Positions 32,170 to 43,757 of a stretch of 64,000 nucleotides of DNA are shown here, one piece after another; position 1 is the stretch's first letter; every line of letters begins with the position of its first letter. Under the pieces are notes generated by a model. The model ran no database searches. It was not told the origin of the DNA and saw only the letters and a list, made by a program, of their open reading frames with translations. The translations under genes were made by a program, and so were the position numbers. This stretch comes from Neophaeotheca triangularis. Lineage: Eukaryota. The stretch is from NCBI GenBank assembly GCA_054600435.1, contig BAAIJX010000040.1, positions 62,001-126,000 of the forward strand. Reading direction: 5' to 3'.

Positions 32170-33170
32170 TTTCGGTGCGCTTGTGGTTGGTGGTCGGTTT
32201 GGTCGGCAGGGTGTTGAAGTTGCACTGGTCTGGAAGCCGCTGGTCTTTGGATGCTGGTCTTGGGGTGTACGACTGGCCGGTCAGTTACAAAATTGGAGCG
32301 AGTGTATGAAAGGGTTAGAAAGATCGAGCGAACGTGGATGACGAGACGATGAAAGAGTGCATATGTCCCTACCTTTGTAAAGCAACCCTCGAGCTGAAAA
32401 TAGACAACCTGAGTAGCGGACGTTGAGGACTAAGAGCAGAAATGCATCGGTCTTGAAGGTAAAGTCGAGCCCATTGTCTCAGAACCGTTTTGGCAGCGGC
32501 GAGATGGAATGTATGAAGCTCTCGAGATGTACGTATGCCGCGAAGAGCCTGGCGAGCGATATGTTTGACTGGCACAATATAATATTGGACTGGCTTCTCA
32601 TATTGCATCGTCGTTCTTTTGCTTTTCCACTCCACCACGGCATGGCTGCATCAAGAAGACGAGCGTGCATTGCGAGGGGTCTCAATGTCCAAAAGCAGTA
32701 TTCCTCGTCGAAACAGCAGCTTTGTCGCATGAACGTGTCGAGAGTGTTTCGAACAGCCGGCAAGCGTTTCGAACATCGAGTTTGCTTTTGCACAGACCAA
32801 GCTCGCCAAGATCCCGACCACTCTCGCCGATACGAGTCCTGGTCTCATTCTCGACGCTTCTTGATCGAATGGCAAGTACGACCAGGCTAAATTGAAAGCA
32901 CTAGTCCGGTGGTGGTTGTAGGGGCTGTGGGAATAGCTTGTGGTCGGTACGGTTGTATATGACCAGCCAGGCAGGCGGCGTTGAAGCCTCCGCATTGTCG
33001 CCCATCTATCGTAATCGTCAATCATGTCTATTCATGAGCTTTTCAGCGCGCAGCCCTCGTCGCCTGAACGAGCTAGAAAAGTAAGAGTCCTCCCGCAAAC
33101 AACAAAAAGCAAGCCGGCGATCTATCAGACCACAGCCGTAACCGCCTTCAGAAGAGAACCTCTCCCCTCC

Positions 33171-34418
33171 CTAAGCATGCCCATTAACACCATTACCGTT
33201 CGCCACCTTTCCCCCCACAACCACCTTCTCAAGCGCCCTCCGCACGTCCGCTACCAAATCCTCCCCATCCTCAACCCCACACGATATCCGAACCAGATCA
33301 TCCCAGACGCCCGCGGCCTCGCGCTGCTCCCTCGGAATCCCCGAATGCGTCATGGAACTCGGCACTTCAACCAGACTCTCCACGCCACCCAGACTCTCGG
33401 CCAGCGTGAAAATCTTCGTCTCTTGACAAAACTTCTCGGCCGCCGCTTGCCCGCCGCCAATACGGAAACTCAGCATCCCGCCGCCCAAGCCGTCGCGGTG
33501 TTGCGCCAGAGCTATGCGGCGGTCTTTGTGGGTCTCGAGACCGGGGTAATTGACTGCGAGGACGTGGGGCGAGGTCTGGAGGGTCTGAGCTACGAGGGCG
33601 GCGTTGGAGCTCGCTTGTCTGGCGCGCAGGTGGAGGGTTTTGACGCCGCGGTGCGCGAGCCAGCAATCGAAGGGTGAGGGGACGGCGCCAATGGCGTTTT
33701 GGAGGAATGAGAGGCGCTCGTGCAGAGCGTCGGAGTTGAAGGCTGCGACCCCCATGAGGACGTCTGAATGGCCGTTTATGTATTTTGTTACGCTGTGGAC
33801 GACAATGTCCGCGCCGTGAGAGAGCGGGTTCTGTACGTAGGGTGAGAGGAAGGTGTTGTCGACTACGACCATGATGCCGGAACGGTGGGCTATGTCTGCG
33901 ACTGCGCGGATGGAGACGAGAGAGAGAGTGGGGTTGGATGGTGTTTCGATCCAGATGAGTTTGGTCTCGGGGGTTATCATGCTCGTGATGTCTAGCTCAA
34001 TGCTTGGGGTGAAGGTCACGCGGACACCGTGGGCCGAGGCAACTTTAGTGAAGTAGCGATGCGTGCCGCCGTAGACGTCGCTGACGGAGACGACATGGCT
34101 GCCGGCCGCGAGGGATTGCAGAATCGTTGCCGTCGTTGCTGAGCCCGAGGAGAAGGCTAGGGCGTGTCGGGCTCTTTCTAGACTGGCTATACAGCGCTCA
34201 AAGTTTGTGCGATTGGGGTTTGAGGAGCGGGTGTACTCGTAGTCGCCGACGGGCTTCCCCACGGAGGTTTGTGCGTAGGTGGTGGAAAGGGAGATTGGCT
34301 CGATGACTGCGCCGGTTACTGGGTCGTGAGGGGAGCCTGCGTGGACGGCCAGCGTGCCGAAACGGTGGGTTGGAGAGGGCGCTCGGGGGGGCGTCTCGAT
34401 GGGTGCGTGGTCGTTCAT
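33171..34418 (-). CDS. CYS3: Cystathionine gamma-lyase
   Basis: FGTLAVHAG, EYTRSSNPNR, DVYGGTHRY, WIETPSNPTL, VDNTF, PLP lysine in HSVTKYINGHSD, LAESLGGVESL; intronless, 415 aa. Confidence 0.93.
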   Translation of the reverse strand: MNDHAPIETPPRAPSPTHRFGTLAVHAGSPHDPVTGAVIEPISLSTTYAQTSVGKPVGDYEYTRSSNPNRTNFERCIASLERARHALAFSSGSATTATILQSLAAGSHVVSVSDVYGGTHRYFTKVASAHGVRVTFTPSIELDITSMITPETKLIWIETPSNPTLSLVSIRAVADIAHRSGIMVVVDNTFLSPYVQNPLSHGADIVVHSVTKYINGHSDVLMGVAAFNSDALHERLSFLQNAIGAVPSPFDCWLAHRGVKTLHLRARQASSNAALVAQTLQTSPHVLAVNYPGLETHKDRRIALAQHRDGLGGGMLSFRIGGGQAAAEKFCQETKIFTLAESLGGVESLVEVPSSMTHSGIPREQREAAGVWDDLVRISCGVEDGEDLVADVRRALEKVVVGGKVANGNGVNGHA

Positions 34419-35017
34419 CGTGGCTGGTCTTCTGATGGCAACGGACTTGAGCAGTGGGTGAGTAGAAGAGAGTGAAGGTGTGTGTGAGAGAGAGAGAGGA
34501 CGTCTTTGTCCGAGGAGTAGGAAGAAGAATAGGAAGCGAGCGGGGTTGGAGGAAAGTCTCTAAGGCCTGCCTAGCTTTACGATCGCCCTTGCGTGACGAG
34601 GAAGTTATAGGTTTTATGATGCGAGGAAGATGGATTGCTAATTGGAAGGCGGATGATTGAGGTTAGTTGAGGGTCTGTCTCGTTCACGAGGCGACGATGC
34701 ATTTATCATGTCGTATCGTCTCTAAAGCCGCGAAAGCCCGAAGCTCGACGAGCCGACGACGACGACGCGACATTGGATCGAAAGGCTTTGCTTTGTCAGC
34801 ACAATCAAAGGACCCCAGGCCTGCAGATGATAAGGTAGGTAGCACGACACTCTACAACTTTGATACGGTTAAGAAGATAGAGGGTCCTGCTCATAGTAGC
34901 AGGGTGAAACATTCAATAATATAAGGAGACGTAGCTAGATAGTGAAGTAGGTCTTGGAATAGGTAAGGAAGTCTAGATCCTAAGGGTTAATAAGTAAGGA
35001 TCCAAGGAGACAAACTA

Positions 35018-35100
35018 GGGAATGAACCAGGGAGTGAATTAGCAGTAAGCCAAGGAGTGACTTAAGGAGTAAGGCAGGAAATGAGATAAGGAATTAAAGG
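35018..35100. repeat. Degenerate 12-bp minisatellite (RGGAGTRAnnnA) in an AT-rich island
   Basis: GGGAATGAACCA GGGAGTGAATT AGCAGTAAGCCA AGGAGTGACTTA AGGAGTAAGGCA GGAAATGAGATA AGGAATTAAAGG. Confidence 0.7.
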
Positions 35101-35279
35101 CCTGGGTGATAGCACGACACCAAAGAAGACAGAGAGCTCCGCTCAGAATAGTCAGATGGAACATTCTTAATACACAATACCAATCGCTCAGCACCCCCGT
35201 CACGGACGCGTCTCCCCATCCACCCGTAAAGACCCCAAACAATTACTACACCCCGCCCCCAAAACCGCAAAAGCTCCTT

Positions 35280-38200
35280 CTAAGAAACACCTGCAGCCGT
35301 CCCCTCCCCACTCTCAGGCCCTTGAACCTTCTTCCCCTGACCCATCCCCCCCAATGCACCAGCAGCCGAATACTGCACCACAAACTCCTCCCCCTGCGGT
35401 CTAACCCCCTTGGCAACCCCATGGAAGAACTCGCACACAAACTCCAAATCCCTGCCCTTGCCCCCTTTAGTCCCACTCCCAGCGGTGGTGCTCGTGTTGC
35501 CAGGCTTGAAAACTGTAATCACATCCCCGGAAAACAGCTTGCCGTACGCGCGTTTCGTGCCGCTCTTGTCCGTGGGCGGGAGGTGCACGCCATTGACGTA
35601 GACGCCCAAGCGGGACTCGGTGGTGAGGAGGCATTGCAGCGAGGGGTGCTGGTACCACTCGGTGTCGGCGGTCGGTGTCTTGGGGATGGAAGGCAGGCCC
35701 GGCGTTTCGAAGACAAGGATGAGGCCGCGTTTGGGCACGCGGGTTTCGGCTGGATCTGGGAAAATGTGCGTGTTGTTGGGTTGGCGGCCCCAGCTGGAGA
35801 GGCGGTTGGTGAGGTTGAGGGTCGTTTGCGTGAAGGAGTCGGGGGTGCTGGATAGACGGCCTAGGCGGGGAGGGGGTTTGAGGAAGTCGGGGGGTGGCGG
35901 TTGCAGCGCCGGGGCTCGCTGGAGTTGGGATTGTGAATGTTGGGGTTGGTGTTGCTGCAATTGACGTGTCTCATCGTTGAGGTCGTCATCGTGGTCGGTG
36001 TCTCCATGATCGACTGCTGCGGACGATCCAGCAGTACTGGGAAGCTGCGAGCCGTTCATGAAGAAGCTTGGGTTCTCTCTAAAGTCGTAACCGCTGATGT
36101 GCGAGGCGTATTCTGAGTTATGTGTGCTTGGGTCGTTGGCGTCGTAGAAGAAAGACTCAGTGATGGGTATCTCGATTCGGCGGGAAAATTTTGTCTGCTG
36201 AGCGGCCTTTGGCGTTATGTCAAGGTGAGCAGGATGACCGTTGGATGAGCCAACAGATCTGTTCAAAGATACGTTCGGCGTTTTGGGCTCTGCAGCCCCG
36301 TCGGAACCTAGTTCTTGCGAGTTGCCAGAATGCGGTGAGTCCATGTTCAAATCTCTGACGAGCGATTCCGCCCCGAGCAAGCTTGGCGAAGCAAGCGCTG
36401 CTTTGATCAACGCTTCTTGTTCTGCTCGTTGATCTTCGTTCCCGTCCCAGCTCGCGGCGTCGGAGCTTTGAGTGACTTCATTCGCTGGCGGGGAAACATG
36501 GGTGCCGTCATCACGAGGTCGAGCGCCAAAGAGAGTCGCGCTTGCAAGAGCGGAACGACTAATCTCGCCAAAAAGCTTTCTCTGCTGTGGTGCTTGTGGT
36601 CGCATCGATACCGTCGTTTGCGGTGCTGGTTGCGTTTGAGCGCGAGGGGCTGACTGGCGCAGCAAATCCGGACTGGATGCAACCATGTCTTCTCGGTCCC
36701 TGTACGGGTGGTGCATCGACTTCACGCGCTTTGACTGCCTGGGGTCAAAGAAGTCGAAACTTCCAGAGTGAATGCTGACCTCGCTGTTCTGGCTGTTGTT
36801 ACCAATTTCGCGTTCGTCCAAGCTCAGCCCAGAGACGTCAGGACCATCCCCATCTACTTCGTCCTCTTCGGCAATCGCACCCAGGATCGGATCAGTGGCA
36901 CCTGCAATACTCTGACGTTCACGACCAAACCAGCTGTGCTGTAAACACTGCGCCGGGTTAGGCCTGGCAGCAGGGTCGGTATTAAGCATTTCGGCCAATA
37001 AGGCAACAGCTTGGTTGGATACCCCTTGCTTGACCAGGTCGCCTGGATCCAGCGGAGTCAGCATTATCTTATCGAACATGCCGCGACCAGTGTTATCAGC
37101 CACGCCTTCGAAAGGAGGCTTGCAGCACAAGGAGAACCAAAGAACGGCGCCGAAAGACCAGATGTCCACAGACTGACTGTAGCTGTGGAATCTTCCATTT
37201 TGGTTCCCACTGCTTCTGCGTGGACGTTTGTTGCCTTTGCCAGCGACGTGAGCGTTGTAATGAGGGAACACTTCTGGCGCGCAGTAAAGCAGAGTACCGC
37301 AGAAGGTCTTTAGGAAGGTATCCTCATCTTTTACCACTTTCGAAAGACCAAAATCGGAGAGCTTGATGGTGAAACATGACGGATCAAGATCCGCGAGTAG
37401 GATGTTGTCAGGCTTGATGTCGCGATGGGTAATCTTATTCTTATGCAGATACGCCATCGCTTCAAACACTTGTTCGGCCATGAGCTTACCCAAGGGCTCC
37501 GTGAGCGGTCCACGTGCGGAGAGATACTGCTGCAAGTCGCCACAAGGCACAAACTCCATGATGATGTAGAGGTGGTTGGCAACATCTCGGTAATCGATGT
37601 ATTGCACAATGTTTGGATGGCTGATCTCACGCATGATTTGCATTTCATTATCCAGCTTGCGATCCAAGATGCCGTTCTTCATAAACTTGCGTTTCTCGAG
37701 CTCTTTCGCGGCGAAGAGCTGGCCGTCGCGCTTTGTTGCGAGCTGGAATACTGTAGCAAAAGCACCTTTGCCTATCTGGCCGACAACGTTGTACTGCTCG
37801 CCACCACTCCAGTGCATGCCGAACTGATTCTGAACCAGCGGTACCTTGACGGATCCTACGTGCGTTCTGCGATGGGTGAAACGCTCAGCGGTACGCTGAC
37901 CCTGTTGCTCCGTTTGCCTGACTGCACTCTCAACTCTATGCATGTAATTGTTGAATTTGAGCTCGTACTCTTCAGTGTAACCTTCGCGAGAGGGGATGCG
38001 CACGATAAACTTGACCAGTTCATCTTTTTGTGGCGACAGAATCTGGATGATAGATCCAGCGATGAGCATGCGTGTCTGAGCTCCCTGGGCAGTTTTGCCT
38101 CGCAGGAGATAGCCATCTACGACTGTGCCGTTCGTCGATATGTCATGGAGCATGAGAACTCCCTGCTCAGTGATGAAGATTCTGAAATGCATGTTGCTCA

Positions 38201-38603
38201 CTCGCTTGATAGTGTCAGTATCAAGGACAATGTCACACTGGGCTGGGTTGCGGCCGAAGATGAACCCCATGGCGGGGTTTTTGGCCCTGGCAGAGAAACG
38301 CAATGCCAGGTCGAGGTCTGTACCCTTGCCAGCATTCTCACCGGTTATGATGAATGTCTCCTGCTCTTCGACGTCCTGTTGTGTCAGACCGTCATCCCAC
38401 TCTTGGTTCCCAAGGTCCTGAAGCACATTCTGCGGCGAGCGGTCGGCAGTCCTGGCGACAATGTTGTATGCGCCTAGGGAGCATGGGTGGAGGATGCAGA
38501 TGACATCTGAAATATCATCCTCACTCAGACCAGAATTGTTTCTGCCCATGCGCCGTGGGTCCAAAGCATTCTGAGTCGGTTGGGTTGCCTCGTCGTTGTC
38601 CAT
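35280..38603 (-). CDS. RAD53: Checkpoint kinase of the Rad53/Chk2 family (TQ motifs, FHA, kinase, second FHA-like domain)
   Basis: N-terminal TQ motifs; FHA (FIFGRN..CD..VSNMHF..DISTNGT); kinase (IGKGAFATV, AAKEL, HRDIKPDN, DFG, TFCGTLLYCAPE); C-terminal FHA-like region (SWGR...GVYVNG...GDVITVF). Confidence 0.85.
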   Translation of the reverse strand: MDNDEATQPTQNALDPRRMGRNNSGLSEDDISDVICILHPCSLGAYNIVARTADRSPQNVLQDLGNQEWDDGLTQQDVEEQETFIITGENAGKGTDLDLALRFSARAKNPAMGFIFGRNPAQCDIVLDTDTIKRVSNMHFRIFITEQGVLMLHDISTNGTVVDGYLLRGKTAQGAQTRMLIAGSIIQILSPQKDELVKFIVRIPSREGYTEEYELKFNNYMHRVESAVRQTEQQGQRTAERFTHRRTHVGSVKVPLVQNQFGMHWSGGEQYNVVGQIGKGAFATVFQLATKRDGQLFAAKELEKRKFMKNGILDRKLDNEMQIMREISHPNIVQYIDYRDVANHLYIIMEFVPCGDLQQYLSARGPLTEPLGKLMAEQVFEAMAYLHKNKITHRDIKPDNILLADLDPSCFTIKLSDFGLSKVVKDEDTFLKTFCGTLLYCAPEVFPHYNAHVAGKGNKRPRRSSGNQNGRFHSYSQSVDIWSFGAVLWFSLCCKPPFEGVADNTGRGMFDKIMLTPLDPGDLVKQGVSNQAVALLAEMLNTDPAARPNPAQCLQHSWFGRERQSIAGATDPILGAIAEEDEVDGDGPDVSGLSLDEREIGNNSQNSEVSIHSGSFDFFDPRQSKRVKSMHHPYRDREDMVASSPDLLRQSAPRAQTQPAPQTTVSMRPQAPQQRKLFGEISRSALASATLFGARPRDDGTHVSPPANEVTQSSDAASWDGNEDQRAEQEALIKAALASPSLLGAESLVRDLNMDSPHSGNSQELGSDGAAEPKTPNVSLNRSVGSSNGHPAHLDITPKAAQQTKFSRRIEIPITESFFYDANDPSTHNSEYASHISGYDFRENPSFFMNGSQLPSTAGSSAAVDHGDTDHDDDLNDETRQLQQHQPQHSQSQLQRAPALQPPPPDFLKPPPRLGRLSSTPDSFTQTTLNLTNRLSSWGRQPNNTHIFPDPAETRVPKRGLILVFETPGLPSIPKTPTADTEWYQHPSLQCLLTTESRLGVYVNGVHLPPTDKSGTKRAYGKLFSGDVITVFKPGNTSTTAGSGTKGGKGRDLEFVCEFFHGVAKGVRPQGEEFVVQYSAAGALGGMGQGKKVQGPESGEGTAAGVS

Positions 38604-40105
38604 TGTCGCTCAGAGGTGGTGGTGAAACACTTTCCCACGAAGTCTATGACTCGGCTGAGACAATGTCGGAAGCTTGCATGCAGTATGCTGTTGTAGGCGA
38701 CGCAGCTGGAGTCGTGATGGCTCGCAAAGTTTCCCTACCTCCCATGCGAAATAATGCAAAAACAACCACCCTATCAACTGCTCAAAGCTCTTTCTATTCC
38801 CTACCCCGGCCGTATGTGGACTTTGTAAGCGCAGGCCGGGGCGGACACAGCATCCACGAACCGAGGTTGTGCGATTTGTAGTCTCGAGCTACAACGTGCG
38901 TGAGGAAGCTCCGAAGGCTGTCGTGCAAAGTCAACTTGGTGTTTGAGAAGGCGTTCTCTTCCGTTTCGTGAAACGAAGGTCGATGCTTCGACGTATATGC
39001 CAGCGTCAGCTTTGAGCGGTGTTGCAACAGTACGAGCAAGAAATGCGTTGGTAGCTTGGAGAGGAGGTTGGAAGTCAAAGATCAAAAGAGGAAGGCATGA
39101 AGTTCAAGGCGGATCACGGTTGGGGCCGCCGAGTCATGTTCACCCAGGCAACACCATAACGCTCAGACTTGCTGCCTCAGGCGATCATTGTGCGAAGTTG
39201 GTATCTGGTGGCGACGAGACAAAGGCGAACACCAATTATGCGTGAGTTGGATGGCAACTTAGGTACTGTGAGGAATAATAATCAGTCGAATTACCCCATT
39301 GGAGGAACGACCAAAGAGGGCGATCGATGTTCTGACTTTCAAACTCGGCGCGTCGGCTGGCAACAGAGCTAAAAACCTTATCTTATCAGATGGGCGCTGT
39401 AGATGGAAATCGCTGGCTGGCCAACGTACCTTGGTACTCATTCAGCAGCTCACGTCTTTCCTGGCGCTCTATGCGATTGTATCATACATAGATTGGACAC
39501 ATTCCCCGTTGTCACGGCGCTGGAACTATCCCTCGATTCCTTCAAGCCGCCCCAGCTGCCTCTTCCAGATTGCCCAGGGCGCGCAGCAGTATGCAAACGA
39601 CACAAGCGAGTAAAACCTTCAAGTAATGTAGCCAAGTAAGAGCTGCCTAAGAGGATCGAGTAGAGGTTCTCTTCGGCCAAATACGCTATCAACACTGCGA
39701 TGTGTAGCAGCGTACTATAGCCCGGGGCGTGATAGCACGTGCCATTAGGATACCGAACAGTCGTTCACACAAGAGGACTGCTATCGGAGACTGATCGGCT
39801 CAAGGGTCTGCAGTGGTCGCCAACTCGCGACCGGAAGATTGGTGAGACTTCCTTCATGGCTAGGGGCGATTGTTATCGTCTGCCGGAGATTCATGTCCTT
39901 TTCGAATTCCTTTGAATGCAGTTGAGGAGCTTTAAAGATGTCTGACATCAGGCATTGGTACGATGGTATTGCTGTTAGGCAAGCTGAAAGAACTGCTGCT
40001 CTGTGATGACCCCGAGAGGAAAGGCATCTTGGTCGAATCAGATATTATCAGAATAAAGGTATGAAGCGGTTATCCTCCAGTAATCGAGGCTCAGTCTCTC
40101 GCTGT

Positions 40106-40580
40106 TTAGGGTTGTCCCTGCGTTCTCGCCTCCTCGCCCCTGGAGCCGACCCGAAAACGCGGCCTTGGTCTTCTCGACCTAGACCCTGACCTCAGCCTTG
40201 CAATTGCCATCGTCGACTGCCAGCGACTATCCACCGACAGTAGTAGCAGTAGCACCAGCACTATAATCAGCTTCGGTTTGAGTCTACTTCCAGACCTTGA
40301 TCTCCACTGAAGCCTTGCTGTCGTTCTCCTCCTCCCCCTCAACCTCTCTCTCCTCCTCGCCCCCGTCGAGCGATGACGATTCACCGACGGCGCCAGCAGT
40401 ATCCACACCCATCTCCCCATCGGCCTTCACCTCGGCCTTGAACTCGAGCTCAGCTGCCCCATCGTTGCCGTCGTTGTTGTCGTCATCGGCAAGCAACAAA
40501 ACCCCACCAGCAGCAGTGTCCACCACGGCCTCCTTCTCGTACTTGGCCTCAACCTCGACCTCTAACGAGATCTTTCTGTC
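40106..40580 (-). pseudogene. Degenerate acidic, internally repetitive ORF with three in-frame TAG codons
   Basis: One frame reads ISLEVEVEAKYEKEAVVDTAAGG...VDTAGAVGESSSLDGGEEE...KVWK*TQTEADYSAGA..GG*SLAVDDGNCKAEVRV*VEKTKA, with stops at 40284, 40227 and 40179 and no clear ATG. Confidence 0.4.
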
Positions 40581-41459
40581 TTGTTTCGGGGGATTGCCTC
40601 AACAACCGAGTCACCATTGCGAGGTCCGGAGCCACAAGGTGCGGCTTAGGATGTGTTTGTGAGTAGCATGAAAGTTGCAGGGCATGTGAGGGAACGAAGG
40701 CAGAAAGAGTTGCTCCGTTTCTCCATCCTTGGGTCAGGGAAGTTCGAAGGTAGTACCAGAGAAGAGCAGGAAAGTTCAAGCTCACCTTGTCCGGGCGACG
40801 AAGTAACGTCTCTCCTGCTTTCTCCATAAGCCCTACAGAATTGGATTTTCAAGGCGAGGCTATCTGGCATCTCGGGGTACAGCGATGACAGAACAAAACC
40901 GCTCCAGGGCGCCGGGAAGGTCGATTCAAGATGTGCCGATGGAGGATGATCGGGGGTTCGAGCCTTTGGAAAGACGTGAAAAAGCAGTACGAGCTGGTAT
41001 TTGCGGCGATACTTACAGCGACAGCCTCTGTGCAATATGGCTACAGTGAGGCACCGGACACCGCACTTGCAGCCTGGCAAGCGACGGCAGTACACTCGAA
41101 TGACCAGCAGGAGCTCGCCGGGTTAGTATTCACACGCTTAAGCCAGTAAAGCCCCACGATTTTTATAGCTCCGTCCCTTTCGAAGTACGCTCTCCGGCGC
41201 CTTGCCAAGCACTCCCCTACTCCCCACCCTTCGCGCGAAGGAATCCGAGAGAGGTAGAGTTACCTACCCATCACTTCGGGATAGCGCTGACAAGAGACGA
41301 ATCAGGACAAGGGGCACAGAGCTGATACTCGGGGGAAAAAACAAAGCATTCATTAAGAATGGTCATAAACGATCGTAGTAACATGCCAATGGTATCCCAG
41401 CTAAAGCAAACGCACGCGAGAAGCAAGACGAAACAGCAAGGCCAGCCGAGCTCGCCAGC

Positions 41460-43757
41460 TCAGACGTTCGACCCGGGCTGCTTGGGCTGCTCTGACTGCT
41501 GCTCCACCTCGACTCGCTCAATCCTCTCGGCGTCGCCCTTGTCCATGTTCTTCTCGTCCACGACCTCGACCATGCTCTCTTCATTCCTGGGAGCCGCGAC
41601 GGCGTGCGCGACGCTCGGGTAGTGCTTCAGCGTGTCGGCGCCCACGTCGCCGGCGCTCGTCGTCAGGCCGTCGAGGATTGTGAAACCGCAACGCTCCATG
41701 CGGACGATGCAGTACTCGGAGAGGCCGACGAGACGGCACTCGACGCTCTTGCCGCCGTACATTTTGAGCTCTTTGAGGAAGTTCTTGAGGTTCGAGACGG
41801 CGGTGACGTCGAGGTGGTTGCAGCGCTTGAAGTCGAGGACCACGAGGCCGATCGGGGGCAGCATGCTGGCGTCGGTGATGTTGGCTTTGCGCCGGAGACG
41901 CTTGACGCGCTGCTCGCCTGCTACGGACCAGTTGCGCTCGGCTTCGGAGCCGTTTAGGGCGCTGTAGGTCGGTTGGTGGTAGACTTTGATGCTTTCGACT
42001 AGGTTGGTCTTGTTCTTGTTGGCGTTGGCGAAGAAGAAGTTTTCTTGGAAGCGGAAGACGCGGACGTCGGAGGGGAGCACGGTGGGCACGCCCTGGGCTT
42101 CGATGAGGGATTGCTCGAGCTCCGAGGCGTGACCCCCATCGCCGCCAGTCTGCTTGATGGGGCGGAAGACCTGGCGCAGGAGGACGTAGACGATGTTGAA
42201 GCCGACCGCGACTGCAAGACCGATTTCGGTGTTGACGAAGAGGCAGACCCAGAGAGCCAGCATTGAACTGATAAAGTCTGCTAAGCTCTGCTTCCAGTAA
42301 TTATGGAAGGTTGAGGGCGGGCTGATGAGTGGCCAGACAGCGCAGATGATAATGGCGGCGAGAGTGGCCTTGGGGATCCAGTAGAGGGCTGAGGACAGTT
42401 CGAACATGCAGACGATGACGACGGCCGTGGTGACGAGACCTGAGAGCGGCGACTTGACTTTGCAGGAGGAGTTGACGGCGGTACGCGACATGGCGCCACC
42501 GGTACCCATGGCCTGGAAGAAGCTGTTGAAGAAGTTACAGACACCGAAATAGCAGAGCTCCTGAGTCTGGTCGGAGACGTAATTATTCCTCACACCAAAC
42601 GCGCGGGCGATGGCGACGTGCTCGACGGCCGCGCCGATGAACACGGCGATACTGCGGGGAATGGTCATGCTAATGAGTTCTGGTGGGGGCATTGCGGGCG
42701 TGCCAATGCCGTCGGAGTTGACCTCGACGATCTCGAAGAGATAGTCCTCCTCGGCACGGCCGCCGTTGACGGCGTACGAAATGCCGGTGAAGAGGACGAG
42801 GCAGAGGAAGGCACGGGTGATGGTGACGAACCAGAGGATCTTGTTCTTGTCGCCGTAGCGTTTGCCGACTTTTTCGATGATGGTGAGGAATATGATACCG
42901 CCGAAACCGATGGCACATGCGTAGCCGTTGGCTTGACCTAATTGGGCGAACGTGTCTCGTATCTGGAAGAGTCAACGAAGGGTTCTTGACGATTGATCTG
43001 CACTGCAATAGGCTTACCTGTGCCGCAGTGCCGTCGCCAATGTTCGTCTGGCCGAGCAGACTGTCCATTTGGTTCAGGATGATAGTGATGGCGATGGCGG
43101 TGATGAAACCGTTGAGGACGGGCAGAGAGATGAATTCCAGCAAGAATCCGAGCTGGGAGTCTGTTAGCGGTTGGATCATTCTTGCAGCTCACAGCCTCAA
43201 CGAACCTCAAGGAAGCCGATGAGGATACCGAAGATACCCATGCAGCAGGCGACGGCGGAGGCGATTTGCTGAGGGGTGTAATCCGTATCGTGCAAGCTTT
43301 CGACAACTTCAGAGGTCAACAAGCCGATGAGCGAGGTCGGACCCATGGAAAGATCTGTCGTCGTTGTCAATGTCGATTCACGATGCCTCTAGACGTCGAT
43401 TTGCTTACCTTTGGTCGAGCCCATGAAGGCGTAGAGGGTAGCCGGGAACCAACTCGAGGACAGACCGTACTCGACCGGGATTGTGGCGATTTTTGCGTAG
43501 GACAGACTTTGAGGGATGAGCATCAGACCGAGCGTGAGGCCAGCAATCGCATCGTTGATGATCCATCTGGGGTTGTATTTCGGGAGCCAGCCGATAATGG
43601 GGACTTTGTTCTGAAGGTAGACGACTGATCCGCCAGGGAGGGCGCGAGCACCGTCTTTGGTGACTTGGGCAACGCGGTTCCAGTTGTAGTCTTCCCGTAC
43701 ATTCTGGTAGGCGTCTTCGGCGTAGCCTTGAGGGCTCTTCTTGAAGGGGTTCTTCAT
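41460..43757 (-). CDS. SulP/SLC26 sulfate permease with STAS domain; exons 43757-43409, 43354-43206, 43152-43018, 42962-41460
   Basis: WLPKYN..DAIAGLTLGLMLIPQSLSYA, GSTK|DLSMGPTS, LGFLLEFISLPVLNGF, EHVAIARAFG, GAMSRTAVNS, WIPKATLAAII, STAS segment VVLDFKRCNHLDVTA. Confidence 0.92.
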
